A stretch of DNA of 64,000 nucleotides from the NCBI RefSeq assembly GCF_006345805.1, contig NC_042997.1, positions 148,490,001 through 148,554,000 on the forward strand, written 5' to 3'. Within the stretch, counting starts at the first letter, position 1; each line of letters opens with the position of its first letter. Shown piece after piece: positions 1 to 13,440 of the stretch. The notes under the pieces were generated by a model that ran no database searches, was not told where the DNA came from, and was given only the letters and a program-made list of their open reading frames with translations. A program made the position numbers and the translations under genes. This stretch comes from Octopus sinensis. Taxonomy: Eukaryota.

Positions 1-164
1 GGGAGAGGTTTTCAGAAAATATCGGGGATTGTTAAGGAGAATAGGAGAAAATGAATTACCATAGAGTCAAAAGAAACGTCTTAACCATACAGATTTGTCA
101 TTTCTCATCTCCTGTTATTTCCAGCACGCTACTATGTCATGGAACTATTTGTTTTCGGAATTAT

Positions 165-190
165 GTTTGTTGTTGTTGTTGTTGTTGTTG

Positions 191-251
<61 letters not shown>

Positions 252-312
252 CATTATTATTATATATACACACACATATATATATACTATGTTTGTTATA
301 ATATATATATGC

Positions 313-377
<65 letters not shown>

Positions 378-500
378 TGTATATATATTTACATGTATAT
401 GTCTTTGTGAGTTTGTATGTGTATGAGAGAGAGAGGGTGTGTGTGTGCGTGTGTGTGTGTGGTGTGTACGTGCGTGTGTGTATGTATTTATATACCTGTG
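165..500. repeat. Compound microsatellite (GTT)n(ATT)n(AT)n(GT)n, representative of dozens of such tracts in the window
   Basis: Direct inspection. Confidence 0.98.
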
Positions 501-849
501 AGAATATGTACACACAATCAATAGAGCAATCCTCTTAGAAGGGATCGGTAAATCAGAGGCTTCAGCAACTAACACATCGTGATGCTCTAATGGTGGATAG
601 TTTTCTACTTAAAATCATATCTACCATGAAATGCTAATTTGTGTGCCAAATTTGTTCATCAATGTTTCCTCAAGACGAAATACTTCGCTGAAATTTCATG
701 TCGCAAACCAAGTCGTGTTGAATCCATTTAGCTAATTATTCGACGTACTATACTAAACTTTTGAAAAAGAATAGCAAAATAAGTGAATATATAAAAGCTG
801 TCTAACTTGTTGCGTATTACAATGAAACTGAATTAGTATGAACTCAAAA

Positions 850-1300
850 CAAATGTCTTAACCATACAGATTTGTCATTTCGCATCTCCTGTTATTTCCA
901 GCACGCTACTCTGTCATAGAAGTATTCGTTTCTGGAATTATGCTTGTTATAATATAATCTATTTCTAGTGTATATGTTATCTCTCTTGTTTATTAAAAAT
1001 GACTTCAGTTCTAATGTATAGAAACATGTAATTAACCATTGGTGAATATTTTAATTAATATGAATTAAATTATAGCAATCCTTACTGATTACTGGACCAT
1101 TGATAATGATTTATAAATCCAATTTGCAGATCAATTTGAATGAATATTTCACAAATATTCAATTAGGTTCGTAGCAAATAAAACAGATGAAGTAATGTTG
1201 TAAGGAACCTATTCCATTGACACTCATTCTCATTATAATAATTGTAGTGATAACGCCGTTTGCGTCATTCGTTGAATACCCATCTGGACACGATGTAGAT
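850..1300 (-). mobile_element. Highly decayed BEL/Pao RNase H-region fragment
   Basis: Minus-strand reading gives LFATNLIE (cf. FVxNRV), NGPV (cf. WxxGP) and RVACW (cf. RVxAW) in the expected order. Degenerate. Confidence 0.35.
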
Positions 1301-1902
1301 TGTGTATACACGTGTCCAAAATTACATGTTATTTGTTTATTCTATTTAATCGAGAAACATTTGCTGCTGCTGCTGCTGCTACTACTACTACTACTACTAC
1401 ACATATGTGTATACATATAATATAGTTAGATATACATACACATATACATAGATACATATATACATACAGCATACAGATAATTTATATATATATATATGTG
1501 TATATGTATGCGTATACCTATGTATATATATACATATATAGAGAGAGACGGAGAAAGAAAGAGGCATATATATATGTTTATATATATATACTATGGGAGA
1601 TGCTTCGGTGTGTATGGTCTGGTCCTAGAGATTTAATTCATGTTCAATACTGGTAGATGTCTCTAGTAATTCGAATCTATTTGACGATAACAATTCTTAA
1701 AATCTCATTATCCAAACGTTGAAGAAAGATGCCGTAGACACGTATTGAACGTTTTTACAGCGTATACAGAAATTTACTGCATTTTTACATACAGTTGTTG
1801 TGTTAAAAAATTACTGTTATTTGTACAGTCAAGAAAATCTATGCTACATCAGCACCTAAGCTAATGCTGACGTAAATGAATATGAAAAAGTTTAACTGCA
1901 TC

Positions 1903-4305
1903 TCCAATTTTTGAACTATGGGTTCCGCCCTAATTTAGGGCCGCGAAGCGAAATGCTGGTGTCGCGAAAATTAAGATCAAGAACTTTAGTTTCAATTTAT
2001 ATGTTATTTCACAAACGCACAATATTTAGCGTGATGCTTCACGCAAGCGCTGCGGTAATACAACGCGCGTGCAGTGCCGTTGGCACTAGTGCAGTGACAG
2101 CGTATATAGTTGTTTGATTGTGTTCATCTTAATAAGTGTATAAATAACAATACATGTTACTGTTTCATTCGTTTGAGGTCAGTGTTTACATAATTTCATA
2201 ATAATTATTTTATGAAACGAACGTTATTTGATTTATATTTCAAAATGAAAATATTTTTACTCATGAATAAAAGACTGAACTTGAGTAACAAAAGTAATGA
2301 CACAGACGGCAATGCTACAAAGTCCGTTCAAGCAAGGCCTAGTAATCAGAGAGAGATGCGAAAAATAAAATACGATGAGTCATTTCTCCAATTTAGTTTT
2401 ACTTTTAATAATAGCGATGGTATGGAAGCATCGCTTTGTTTAATTTGCATTAACGTTTTGGCCGAGGAGAGTATGAAGCCTTCAATATTGAAAATGCATC
2501 TTGGATCCAAATAACACTCATACGTCAATAAGCCAAAGATATATTTTGAAAGACTGTTTATATCTCCAAATATAGAAAAACAAAATTTTGAGAAATTTAT
2601 GACTATAAACGAAAAATATTTATTGGCGTCATATGAAGTTTCATATCTAATTGCTAAAAATAAAAAAAAAGCCATACACCATTGGGGAAGGAAGAACTTT
2701 TATTACCTACTCTTATGAAGATGGTAAAAATACTCTATTTAAGTAAATATGGTAATGAAATTCAGAAAATTCCTTTGTCGAACGACACTGTCGCCAATAG
2801 AATTATTGAAATTAGCAACAATTTGAACAACTTATTACTATTCTTATTTGAACAACTTATTACTATACTTAACGAAAACCCAAATTTGCTATTTATTTGG
2901 ACGAAACAACTAATGTTTCAAAAATGGCTCAATTTTTAGTACACGTCAGATACATTTATAAAGAAAACGCCAATGAAGAATTTTTATTTTGTCATCCTTT
3001 GAAAGAATATACAAGAGGGAAAGATATATATAGTAAAGTTGGCGATTTCTTTTTAAACTGTAGGAAAATTGTATTGGAGTAGGCATAGATGGTGCAAAAG
3101 CGATGATGGTCGAAAATATTGTTTTAAATCGTTTGTTAAAGCTGCTGGTAATAATCATGTAACTTTTACACACTGCATGTTCCATCGAGATGCCCGTGCA
3201 GCAAAAACATTAACACCGGAATTAGACTATGTGCTTCAGGATGTTATCAAAATCATAAAATGTATTAAAAACTGTGCCCTTAACAACTGTTTATTTTTAA
3301 ATCTCTGTAAAGACATGGACTCAGAATACAAAAACTTATTATTACACGCACAAGTAAGATGGTTGCCAAGAGGGCGAAGTTTAAACAGATTATTGTTGTT
3401 AAACGACGAAATTATTATATTTTTAACAGAAGAAAAATCTTATCTTGCTACTCTTTTACAAAATGATATATGGTTTTCAAATTTGTGCTATTTGTCGGAT
3501 ATTTTGGGGAAACTAAACAATCTCAACTTGTCTCGTCAAGGAAAGAAAAGCGATATATTCACTGCGAATGATAAAATTGAGTGCTTTTTTTAAAAAACAT
3601 CAACATTTGGAAGAATAGGGTAAAACATGATTCACTCGAAATGTAAAAATTTAATTGCAACAATTATTATAGACCACTTAAATACCCCAGAAACAAATAC
3701 TTCATATCGAATTTTAACTTCAAAAAGTATTGAATTCAGAACTCATTTTCAATTGACATTGATGATATTAATCATCTGTCGTAGAGGAATTCGCTGTGCT
3801 ATCGAGTGACTCAAACTTGAAACTTGAATTTAGAAAAGATTCTTTGACCGAATTCTGGATCAGAGCTAAAGCTGAATTTTGCACAATTTCAGAAATGACA
3901 TTACATGTTCTTTTGTCATTTAGCACCTCATGCTTATGTGAAACGACTTTTTCATCTTTAACTCTTATTAAAAGAAAATATCGTTCAACACAAAAAAACC
4001 CTCAGAAGATGCTTTACGTCCAGCAGTGTCAAATATTACGCCGAGGTTTAATTTGTTATGCAACGAAAAACAAGCACATCCGTCACATTGGTTTTTAATT
4101 TGGTTTAGTTTTTGTACTTAAAACAAATCCTAAAACTACTTCTATTTTGACAAATAGTATAACTACCTTTTTATTTGCATATTTTTCAGCGAAAAGATAA
4201 ATTATGATTTATTTGTATGGTTTATTTTATATTTAATACCTGGGAGCGCGAAACATCTTGTGATGAAAAAGGAGGTAATGAAGGAAAGGAGTTCAAGAAG
4301 CGCTG
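1903..4305 (+). mobile_element. hAT-superfamily DNA transposon (Charlie/Buster, ZBED5/SCAND3/FAM200-like), transposase disrupted by stops and frameshifts
   Basis: Consecutive ORFs 2212-4098 give KYDESFLQFSF..CLICINVLAEESMKPSILKMHL (BED finger), IPLSNDTVANRI, DETTNVSKMAQFLVHVRY, HCMFHRDARAAK, VRWLPRG, YLSDILGKLNNLNLSRQG and LLSFSTSCLCETTFSSL (hAT dimerisation domain). The right end TTCAAGAAGCGCTG (4292-4305) resembles a Charlie-type TIR; the left TIR is degenerate. Confidence 0.95.
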
Positions 4306-5061
4306 ACTTATAGGAACTATGCAGAATATGCTTGCAAATAATATAGTAAATGTATAAACTGATCTATAATAGACGAAATATGATCAGTGACATCTGTGCA
4401 GCAGCCACATTATATATTTTCTTAAACACTTTAGGGAAGTTGGATGTAGAATACAAATATGCACCGTGGTATGTCTATTTACACACGTATAGAACATAAG
4501 AAAAAACAATACGTAGAAATCACTAATAAATTAACGGAAAAATAATGCGTTCTCGAGATAAAACAACATCGAGGCCAAAAGATTCTTTCTAAATCAAGAA
4601 CGGAATCCGTAGTTATTTAAATTTGAATTGCTTTTCTGGATAAAAGAAACAGATCATACTGATCGCTTGCATAGGAAGATGCATTTATCAAATAACGGGT
4701 GAGAGTAAAGTAGAAAGTTTTTCAAACATGGAGACATTTAATTTGATGCCGAACAGGGCTAAAGGTAATACGACATGTGGAAAAGTTAAAATGTAGCATC
4801 TATGACAAAAGCGAAAAAAGTAATACTATACAAAACACAAATTAGGTAATGTTTGACAGATGGTGAAAATGTGAAACACCTAGTTAAACTGCCCAACAAG
4901 TTACTTTGAAAAGACTAAAATGATTAAGACTACTAATAGTATCTTGACAATAAGAACATGAGAGGAAGAAATACTTATACAGACAAGGATACTATAAAAG
5001 ATACAGTTGAAACTCACACAAATAGAATATAATCTGGAATAGCACTAGAAGAATTGGCAAC

Positions 5062-5238
5062 ATTGGAATTCGAACCCTTGAACGTGAAGACGGACGAACA
5101 CCTCTAAGCAATTTTCTCAGCGTGCTAACGATTTTACCAGCTTCCAGTCTAGGTCGTACAGAATATTGGTTTCCCATTTTGGTAGAAGACCAGCAGTTTA
5201 GGGGGAAGGGGGAAGTCAATCACATCGACCCAACTGTT
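5062..5238 (-). mobile_element. Fragments of tRNA-derived SINE family C (duplicate of 6438-6611)
   Basis: Similar to the SINEs at 6311-6750 and 40835-41044. Confidence 0.8.
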
Positions 5239-6310
5239 CACATGATATTTGCTGTAATTAATTTACATATATCGAATGCGTACAAGCAGAAAATATACTT
5301 AACATAAACCAATGCATTTCTGCAAATAGAATACAATATGAAATTACAGAAATTCAGAAATATTACTGAAAAATAAAAAATAAAAGTTATTTAACATAAA
5401 TATCTGAAAGCAAGTACTTGTACTCATCACATTAATGCATAAAAAATAATTATTAATGGCCAAAGCTTAGAATATTTCAAAAGATATTTTTTAAGGCGTA
5501 TTTAAGAGCTAAACAACAAAATGAGACATTTGCAAATATATATGTTGTCAAAGGTTTTAAAAGGAAAATCTCAGTGTCCACATTATACAACTATTTGGAG
5601 TAAGGGGAATTAGATAAATCAAACTTTATCTCGTATTGATGCACCAGATCCATGAATGGAAACAAATATTGTTCAAAGAAATTGACTAACTGAGTGTACT
5701 AATACAATTTATGTACTCTAAACGGAGACAAACTATAGCAATTTATCTTGAAGAAATTGCATGAAAGGTAGGTAAATTCAAAAACATTGAAAACATAAAT
5801 AAGTGTTGTACTAAAGATTACTAGTCACATCAAAATTAGATAAATTAAAATGTCCAGTACAATCTGTAACCTCTCATATGGTTAGGTGTAAATAGAAAAT
5901 GTAACTCTAATATATAACGAGCACCTTCCATAATCTACGAAAAGCATGCAACAAAACTAATTATAAATATCAGCTACATTGTTTGGGTCTATACATTTGC
6001 ATATAAACATATAAGTAACATCACAGTGTTCTGGGTCAAATATACTAGAATCGGCGCAGAATATGCCTGGAAATAATATAGTTAAATTCACACACTTTGA
6101 TACTGAAACTTTCTCATACAAACAAATAATGATATCACATGACTAATGATATTCAGGAAAGAAGTATCTCATAATCCCTGAAACTATTTAAAAATATTAT
6201 TTGAAATAATCCAGAACCATAATTCTTTATTATAGAGCGAATCACGGAACTAAAGGTAATTTATGGCAAAAAGTAGACAGTTTTCTATAGAATTGAAGTT
6301 ATGAATAATA

Positions 6311-6750
6311 TTGGTTTCAAATTTGGCTCAAAACCAGTCATTTCAATGGAGGGGTAAGTCGTTTACATCGACCTCAGTGTTCACTCGGTACTTATTTTAT
6401 AGACAGCAAAGGGATAAAACGCAAAGTCGACATCGATGGAATTCGAAATCAGAACGTGTAGACGGACGAAAACCTCTAAGCAATTTGCTCGGCGTGCTAC
6501 CGATTTTGCCAGCTTCCAGTCTAGGACGTACAGAAAATTTGTTTCGCATTTTGGCAGAAGGCCAGCAGTTTAGGGGGAAGGGGTAAGTCGATCACATCGA
6601 CTCTACTGTTCGTATGGTATTTATTTTATCGACCCCGAAAGGCTGAAAGCAAAACCAATCTCGCCGGAATTTGAACGTAAGAAATAAAGACGAACTAAAT
6701 GCTACTAAGCATTTTGCCTGGCGAACTAAAGATTCGGCCAGCTCGCCGCT
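6311..6750 (-). mobile_element. Two tandem copies of SINE family C (GGCGAGCTGGCxGAATC head; CCTTTCGGGGTCGATAAA body)
   Basis: Reverse-complement match to 40835-41044; tRNA-like A and B boxes. Confidence 0.85.
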
Positions 6751-8356
6751 TAATTCGTACATAATATCGTAAACCGTATGTACAGTGACAAACTGTATGG
6801 AACGTACAGTAAAGCAATAGATGAGCAAATAATACAAGTGGTGGAAGATGAAGATGTGATACGCAGTAGAGTAGAATAGGTTACTTCGATATCAGATGGA
6901 ATAAATATGAAGATGTTGCAAGAATCGACACACTTGTAAAATGTGGGAAATAGAAATAAATGTTCAAACTGATAATATCATAGAAATATCTGTGAATGTA
7001 TATTCATGTAAGATGAGCTCTGGAAAATATATTCCGTAATGAACATATGGACAAATGAGAATTGTGGCAACGACAACGGATCGACTTTGTGAAAGTTATA
7101 CTAGACACAAGAGTTGCTGATATGAACGGAAAATATTTTCATGAATGGTCATATTTGAAGGCGTAACTGTCAATCTATAAACTTGGGCAAAAGAAGAAAC
7201 TGAACAAGAATAGAAATAAACTACAGAGAATGAAAACCATGCATTGTTTTGCCAGTCTGAATAACATGAATCTGCCGTTTTCATGACAATATATTCATAT
7301 ATTTCTAAAATACAAATTTGATGAATAAGTGAATTATTGATGTGAAGCTATAAAATATCTAAGAAATCTACTATAAGATATTGAGAAAGTACAATAATCG
7401 AATTGTCTTGAAAAGTCATGAAGATTGTCCTAAATAAAATTGGTTATTTCGCCTGGAGCCCGATTGCAATTGACCAATAAAATCACGGATAGAATTGAAA
7501 ATATATTCGAGCGGAGAAAATTGCATTGTTGTTGGGGCTTTTGTTGTTCAAACGTGTAAATTTATGGAAAAAATAATTCAAATTTGACTATGCCTATTCT
7601 CTAAGACGAAGTATGCCCAAAACTACATCAGCTAGCATCTCCTGTATTATGATAGATGTTAAAGTTTTAAGGGTGATTATAGTGTCAAAACTAGCAAGCC
7701 GAAAGAGTAGAGAATGCACCTTTATTAGCTCGTGAACAAAGTGTAATACTTATTATTAAAGAACCGACTAGAAATGTGCAAACATACTGAACTACATTTC
7801 CTACACGTTAAACGATTCTTTATAAGATCATTGCTGGTTGTATCAATTGCAATTATTCAGCGCACAATTAGTGGAATGCTCAGGTTTTTCTTTAACTTTC
7901 CAAATCAATACGAAATAAATTTCAACAAGATTAATATTTTTTGATTTTCTTTTCTTTATCCAATAATGTTAGTAATTATTCTCAATCCGATAAAGTTAAT
8001 AATTATTCTGGTAAATTCTGATTCCGTATAAAATCTTGCGTATTTTTCTACGATAAGATTTCGAAGTAAATTATATGGCGTACTAACATTGCCGGCATAA
8101 TAAATTCTTCTTGCTAACAGTTGCAATTTTCAAACATAAATAGGGAATAAAATATCGATAGCAAGTGATATTCTTAGCAACATAAAGAAGAGAAAAATAA
8201 AATACAGTACTCATAATAATGTTCCAAAAATAGATTAAGGCTTCTATTCGTCACACCAAAAGTGTGTTCATCATTTTCTAGTTGGTAATCATATTAAACA
8301 AAGACAAAACATAATTACATAAGCTCTTCCAGGCGCACCCGATTGGGTCGATTGAT

Positions 8357-8397
<41 letters not shown>

Positions 8398-8722
8398 TTC
8401 ACACATAAGCACACAAATACACAAGCACTCACATATGTGTAGAAATGTGCGTATGTGTATATATGTCTGTGAATAAAAATGTATATATACATTTTTATAT
8501 ACAGACATTTATAACAGTTCTCCAAACCGATTCTTTTCTTTGTCTGCATTTTGCATTAAAACCCAAAATGGGGATGAACAGCAATTTTCCTTTGTGATCG
8601 ACTGGAAGAATTGTTGAAGTATTTCCTGGATATGAAAACAATGATAGGCATAATGCAAAGGCAAAGAATCCCCCATCCACCAATGCAGTGTTGAGCACAC
8701 ATTCTCAGTTTTCGATATGTAC

Positions 8723-8771
<49 letters not shown>

Positions 8772-8795
8772 TATATACATACATATATATATATA

Positions 8796-8847
<52 letters not shown>

Positions 8848-8913
8848 TATATACATACATACATATATATATATATATACACACATATATATATATATAT
8901 ATGTATGTATATA

Positions 8914-8965
<52 letters not shown>

Positions 8966-8979
8966 TGTAAATAGATATC

Positions 8980-9660
8980 AAGACACTGAAGGAAAAAAAA
9001 CGAAATCTCACATGTCATCTACAAATACTATCCTATATATCGACAGAAGGCTAGAAACAATAAAGCATACAACATTATTGAAAATTTACCCTTGCTCACT
9101 AAGCATCAACCACATTCTACAAACACACAAATTCATGAAATGTAGAAAAAAACACAGAGAGATGTCCGGGGAGTTCCCCACCAAACTTCACGGTCATCCC
9201 ATGCAGCAATATGAGGAAACAATCCCTATACAAGAACAATAAAATAAAGAGAGTACATTTATAGAAAAATAGAAACCGCGCCTGAATATGAACTTATTTC
9301 CGATTTTGGATTTTAAAACTATTTTAATTCGAGAAACCCAACTTTTTACATATTTTATTTCACTATTTTAACTCATGCGTTTATAATATAAATATTATAC
9401 ATTTTTACTCTACCACCCCGACCCACAACAATATGTACCCTACAAAAATGTGAACCCCGCCTATAAAAGCGTAATTACCGCCTCTCACTCGAAAAATGAC
9501 AATCCCCAATTACCTCACCTTAGATTTTTCTACATTTGAAACAAAATCTGATACAAGCAACAGGGACTAAAACATCCTTAAGATAATACGAAATCGCAAT
9601 ATTTTCAGCAATTTCCCTGTCAAGATTAACGAAACGGAATACCTGTAGATTACGTTTTGA
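8980..9660 (+). mobile_element. Penelope-like element 3' remnant (GIY-YIG endonuclease end), next to (AT)n
   Basis: YID near 9036 and ESTFIEK*KPRLN near 9251-9287 match the GIY-YIG C-terminal ExxFIxKxxPxLN pattern. Confidence 0.55.
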
Positions 9661-9699
9661 AATATATAAAAAACATATAAATTATATGCATTTTACTTC

Positions 9700-9899
9700 T
9701 TTTATTTTTTAACAGTTCAATGTTTAAGAGATGAGGAATTATTTGCATTATTTACATTTGACGGATATTTCTCCTTATCTTGTTTATTGTTAACACAACA
9801 TTTTGGCTGATATAAACTCCAGCATTTATCAGGTGTCTTGGGGGAAATTGCGTACCTGGGTTCTCATTCCTAAGATATTTTTCGAAGTTGTTGTTGTTG

Positions 9900-9954
<55 letters not shown>

Positions 9955-10027
9955 GGTCACTGCCTGGATCCGAACTCGAAATCTTGTAGTTAGTAGTCCG
10001 CACTCTTAACCACTACGGCATATGCCC
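9700..10027 (-). mobile_element. tRNA-headed SINE with internal (AAT)n and a decayed hammerhead-like tail
   Basis: Head GGGCATATGCCGTAGTGGTTAAGAGTGCGGAC...GAGTTCGGATCC (A/B boxes, 9955-10027); tail motif at 9792-9837. Confidence 0.75.
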
Positions 10028-10216
10028 GTGGGGAATTTCTTTACTATATATATATATGCAGAACGTCACCAATTGAGTAAACAACATGAAGTACAAAACA
10101 AAATGAGTTAATTGCACATAAAACGAGATAAAAAATGGAATAGGAATAGAAACACGGAGAACGACACTTCATAATTTGTCGGCTTAGTATCTACCCCTCA
10201 TTTCGTGCATTCAACG

Positions 10217-10289
<73 letters not shown>

Positions 10290-10399
10290 TGTATGTATGT
10301 ATGTATGTATGTATGTATGTATGTATGTATGTATGTATGTATGTATGTATGCATGTATGTATGTATGTGTGGCTGTGATATGTATGCCCGATATACAAA

Positions 10400-12309
10400 T
10401 ATTATTAATCAGAACATCTTTATGCTTAGCGAATGTCGAAATGTCCTGGAATATACATTAGATATATGTATTCAACTAAAGCTTGGTATGCACCAAAAGG
10501 AAGAAGCCCTTTTGAAGTATCTCTCGTTCTTACACGAAAACCTTGTTCAATTTTCGACTTCCAGTAATTTAGTAATATAGTAATATCATTCTTTCTAATG
10601 CCTTCATTTGAATGTTATTATTATTAGTATTATCCATATCATATTCCTATAAATATACATGTAGATACAAAACAGTTTATTTGTGATATTAATATGATAT
10701 CTTCAATGAACATATTATGAAAGGTGCAGTAGAATGCTAATTTGCAACATTCATGCGTTGAAGTGAAAAGAATATTGTCAATGATTATTAGGATATTCAT
10801 TTGGATTTTGTAAGTACAAGAGAAATATTTCACTGCTATCATTGAAGCAATGACAACATTACTTCGGTTTTCTTCAGTTGAAATGTATTCGAGTGATTTC
10901 CGAAACATTTATTCTCTAGTCAATTTTAATCAGAAACGCTAAAAAACGTTAAATATATAGTATTCTATATTTTAATATAATTGTGTGGTCATTGATTCGA
11001 CATTTACAAAGAAGTGTATGTTCTGGTTATGAGGTCAGTATAAACTGTAAGCCGTGCATAAGAACATAAAATGCATATATATATATATATAGTTTTCTTT
11101 TGGTCTTATAACTTACCGGTTATTTATAGATACGTTTGAAGTGGACGCTGCATTAAAAATGCTAACAGTAGATTTACGTCTCTGAAATATATTTTCGCGG
11201 AAAAATACTATGTTAAATATGGTAGTACATAAAAATGCTATTTATTATAGAATGCTCAACTCGCAAAGTGTCTTTGTTTTAGAATATACTTTGCATTATC
11301 GTGTATAATTTACTTGATACCCCTTCAAGGAAATATATCTAAAATAATACGCTTCGTAGGTGGAAGTATTTTATTTCTCACAATTAGAGTAGATTTATAA
11401 CATGTTATTTGTCGCCCCTTAAACCCGAAAGAAGAGTAGGCCAACAGCCAGCATTAGAAAATGAAATGTTGCATAATAGATTCAAATTATAGAGCCTGTA
11501 GTCCGATATATACGGTCTAAATGAAGTAATGGATTCACTAATGGTAATCGTGTGAGTGATGAGAACGCTATCTCATTGTGCTGAAAGCATATACAGTACG
11601 CTAGCATACGTCATATATCGACAGATAAATACAGTAAAATCTCAAGCCAACTACAATTACTCATACACACACACACGAACACACGGAATACATGGATACA
11701 TACATACATACATACATATATGAATATATATATAATATACATACATATATGTATATGTATATATGTATACGTAAGCATTATACAGTAACAGCACAATTTT
11801 GTATTAATACGGAAGATAGAATTTTGGATATTCTATGGACATTTACAGATTTGTCCGATGAGAGACAGATCTCAGATATGACATATTCCCTAGAGGCTTC
11901 TCTCTATAATTGAGGTCTCAAAACTCGTGAAGGATGGAGTTCATATGTTAATGGAAATATACTTTGAAACCGGCTGACAAATTTTAATAGAATAAAAGGC
12001 ATCCGAATTAATAATATTTTTGATAGGTACAGTGGTAGATAATTAACTGTATATATATATGTGTATGCGTGTAGGTATGTATGTGTACGAAATTATCAAT
12101 ATATGCACACACACACACTCACTCACATATAGAATAAGATAGGTTGCAAGCGAATGAAGAGAAGTTTGACATATATTTATATACATAAATAGCTTCGATG
12201 ACATTTTGATTAATAGCATAGGAAATATTTATATATGCGAGAAGAAAACTATTATTTCATACTGCAAGTACATGCATATATATATATATATATATATGTG
12301 TGTGTATGT

Positions 12310-12356
<47 letters not shown>

Positions 12357-12620
12357 GCGTTTCAGAAACTAGCTTCGAAATCACATGGTCTCAGGTTCGA
12401 TCTCCTCCGCGCAACACATTGAGCAAATGTCGTTCATGCTAATACTGGACCTACACACGTCTTGTAATTGAATTTTACAGCGTGTAGAAGCCCGTTGTAT
12501 ATCTATTTATCACTTTATCTATTTTTCTATCAATCCATGTAATGGGTCTTCATGTGTGTGTGTGTGTGTTATACAGGTATATGTGATATATACGTATATA
12601 TATATGTATATACGTTATAC

Positions 12621-12687
<67 letters not shown>

Positions 12688-13130
12688 GTGTGTGTGTATG
12701 TATGTGCATGTGTGTGTGTATATATATATACTGGCTGAATTACCGGTAATAGCCGGAAGCGGATATATTCTCAGTACCCTTTGGAATGCTTAGTTTCTCT
12801 CAGACGAAAAATGAAATCAAGACATAGGACAGATAGTAGAAGGCATAAGCAAATTTATTCACAAAAACAATGATACAAATAAATACGTGCAAAACTGAAA
12901 AATGACAATCGTTTGGTTAGATGAGTGGAAAGCTGCAAATATATAACCAATAGAAACATCATAAATGGAACTGTAAAGAGTGCTATAAGATTTTGAAAAG
13001 TAAACAAAATATTATTTATGAAAGGGCACTTAATTTGACGACTGTATGTCATGAGTATAGGTCCACTTATCGTGAGAATCAAATATTGATTGCAACTGTT
13101 AGAGCCGACAATTTTAAGTGCAGGTGTTAA
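10400..13130 (-). mobile_element. Decayed BEL/Pao pol relic (RT to RNase H), interrupted by microsatellites and a SINE
   Basis: ORF 12855-13193 has SCNQYL..SGPIL (cf. SLNxxLxxGPxL); VESMTT near 10990 (cf. TDSxxVL); ORF 10639-10908 has EYISTEENRSN (cf. HVxTxxNPAD). Confidence 0.5.
12362..12500 (+). mobile_element. Partial SINE family B
   Basis: Matches the 5' part of 25354-25768. Confidence 0.65.
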
Positions 13131-13440
13131 GAAAATACATGTTACGTGTTTTAGCCAACTTGAGTGGCCTAAGTAAAAAATGTTTCGTCTCAACCTGCCC
13201 TTAGCACATACTCCATCTGTGTATAAAATTTCAAGAAAATCGGTTGGAAACTTTAAAACTTAGGGCAGAAAATAACATATTGTGAGTTTTTGCATCGAAA
13301 TGCTCTATTGATTTAAAAAAAAATCGATCCTGATTTTAAAATATTGACTTTTTTCTTAAATTCTAAGTCAGTAAGTGACCACATATGTACAAGCCCCCCA
13401 TCCCCCATATGTTTCAAGTTTCATCAGGATCTATCCTGGA

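Larger units (their letters stand above)
4314..8340 (+). mobile_element. Decayed BEL/Pao gag-protease-RT relic(s), interrupted by SINEs
   Basis: LCRICL (4317) and a similar RICLE near 6057 (Gag Cys knuckle-like); DNGS (7072, protease-like); TLNDSL (7805, cf. SLNDxL); IRFRSKLYGV (8053, cf. LRFR..A..ADI). Confidence 0.5.
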
